From positions 1-25,718 of the IMG/VR virus record IMGVR_UViG_3300016265_001151: a stretch of 25,718 nt of DNA. One strand, given 5' to 3'. Position numbers and translations under genes: made by a program. Position 1 is the stretch's first letter, and each line of letters opens with the position of its first letter. A model generated the notes under the pieces. It saw nothing but the letters and a program-made list of their open reading frames with translations, was not told where the DNA came from and made no database searches. This DNA is from a virus. Its lineage: Duplodnaviria; Caudoviricetes. This document shows positions 25,559 through 25,718 of the stretch, in pieces.

Positions 25559-25718
25559 AAAAAGATGTTACACGCATTGTCCAGTTAGCGTAAAGCAAAA
25601 TCTTGTGATATAATTCCCGGCTTTTTCGAAAGCGGACGGGGTAGGGGACGCATTGTTTGACGAATAGAAGATACTTCGGCGAATTGTGCCTAGCCGTATA
25701 GAGCGATTCGAATTACCT
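25559..25718. promoter_or_regulatory. Non-coding region upstream of terS: candidate packaging (cos-like) and late promoter region
   Basis: Position equivalent to lambda cos. Direct repeat ACGCATTGT at 25572-25580 and 25648-25656; TTCGAA palindromes at 25625-25630 and 25707-25712. Confidence 0.4.

Noticed and set aside
213-25613. Many plus-strand ORFs of 60-290 aa (e.g. 213..782, 6227..6919, 13756..14619, 18809..19405)
   Set aside because: All are antisense to well-supported minus-strand structural genes, lack recognisable motifs, and are expected shadows of GC-rich codon usage.
1-25718. CRISPR arrays, tRNA/rRNA genes, introns/inteins, IS elements, integrase, lysis genes
   Set aside because: Coding density is near complete with gaps under about 160 bp. 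No repeat-spacer pattern or matching motifs were seen, and TerL and portal have normal lengths.
1-25718. Gene transfer agent or contractile tail system
   Set aside because: No sheath or baseplate wedge genes. The gpA-type terminase, HTH small terminase and long TMP indicate an ordinary siphovirus or prophage.

Overview
The window is a nearly complete virion-morphogenesis operon of a long non-contractile-tailed phage (siphovirus), encoded entirely on the minus strand with tight start/stop overlaps. Reading right to left: putative packaging region; small and lambda gpA-type large terminase; gpW-like adaptor; lambda-type portal; a 968-aa protease/scaffold/HK97 major-capsid polyprotein; small head and neck proteins; an Mtd-N-like fibre; tail terminator; tail tube; tail assembly chaperones joined by a GGGAAAC -1 frameshift; tape measure; gpL-, gpK- and gpJ-like tip proteins; a Dit-like protein; two more tube-fold proteins; and a fibre cluster running off the left edge. 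Gene style resembles aquatic siphoviruses of picocyanobacteria (recall-based inference; host unproven). The most unusual features are (1) four extra domains, including a HiPIP-like 4-Cys module, fused ahead of the capsid protease and separated by Arg-terminated linkers, (2) recurring C-terminal DEGxY / LDGxG / LLxE peptide motifs that pair with characteristic N-termini of neighbouring fibre genes, suggesting a plug-and-socket assembly code, and (3) TAnnnT promoter-like elements in almost every real intergenic gap. All family assignments come from reading motifs by eye; no searches were run.
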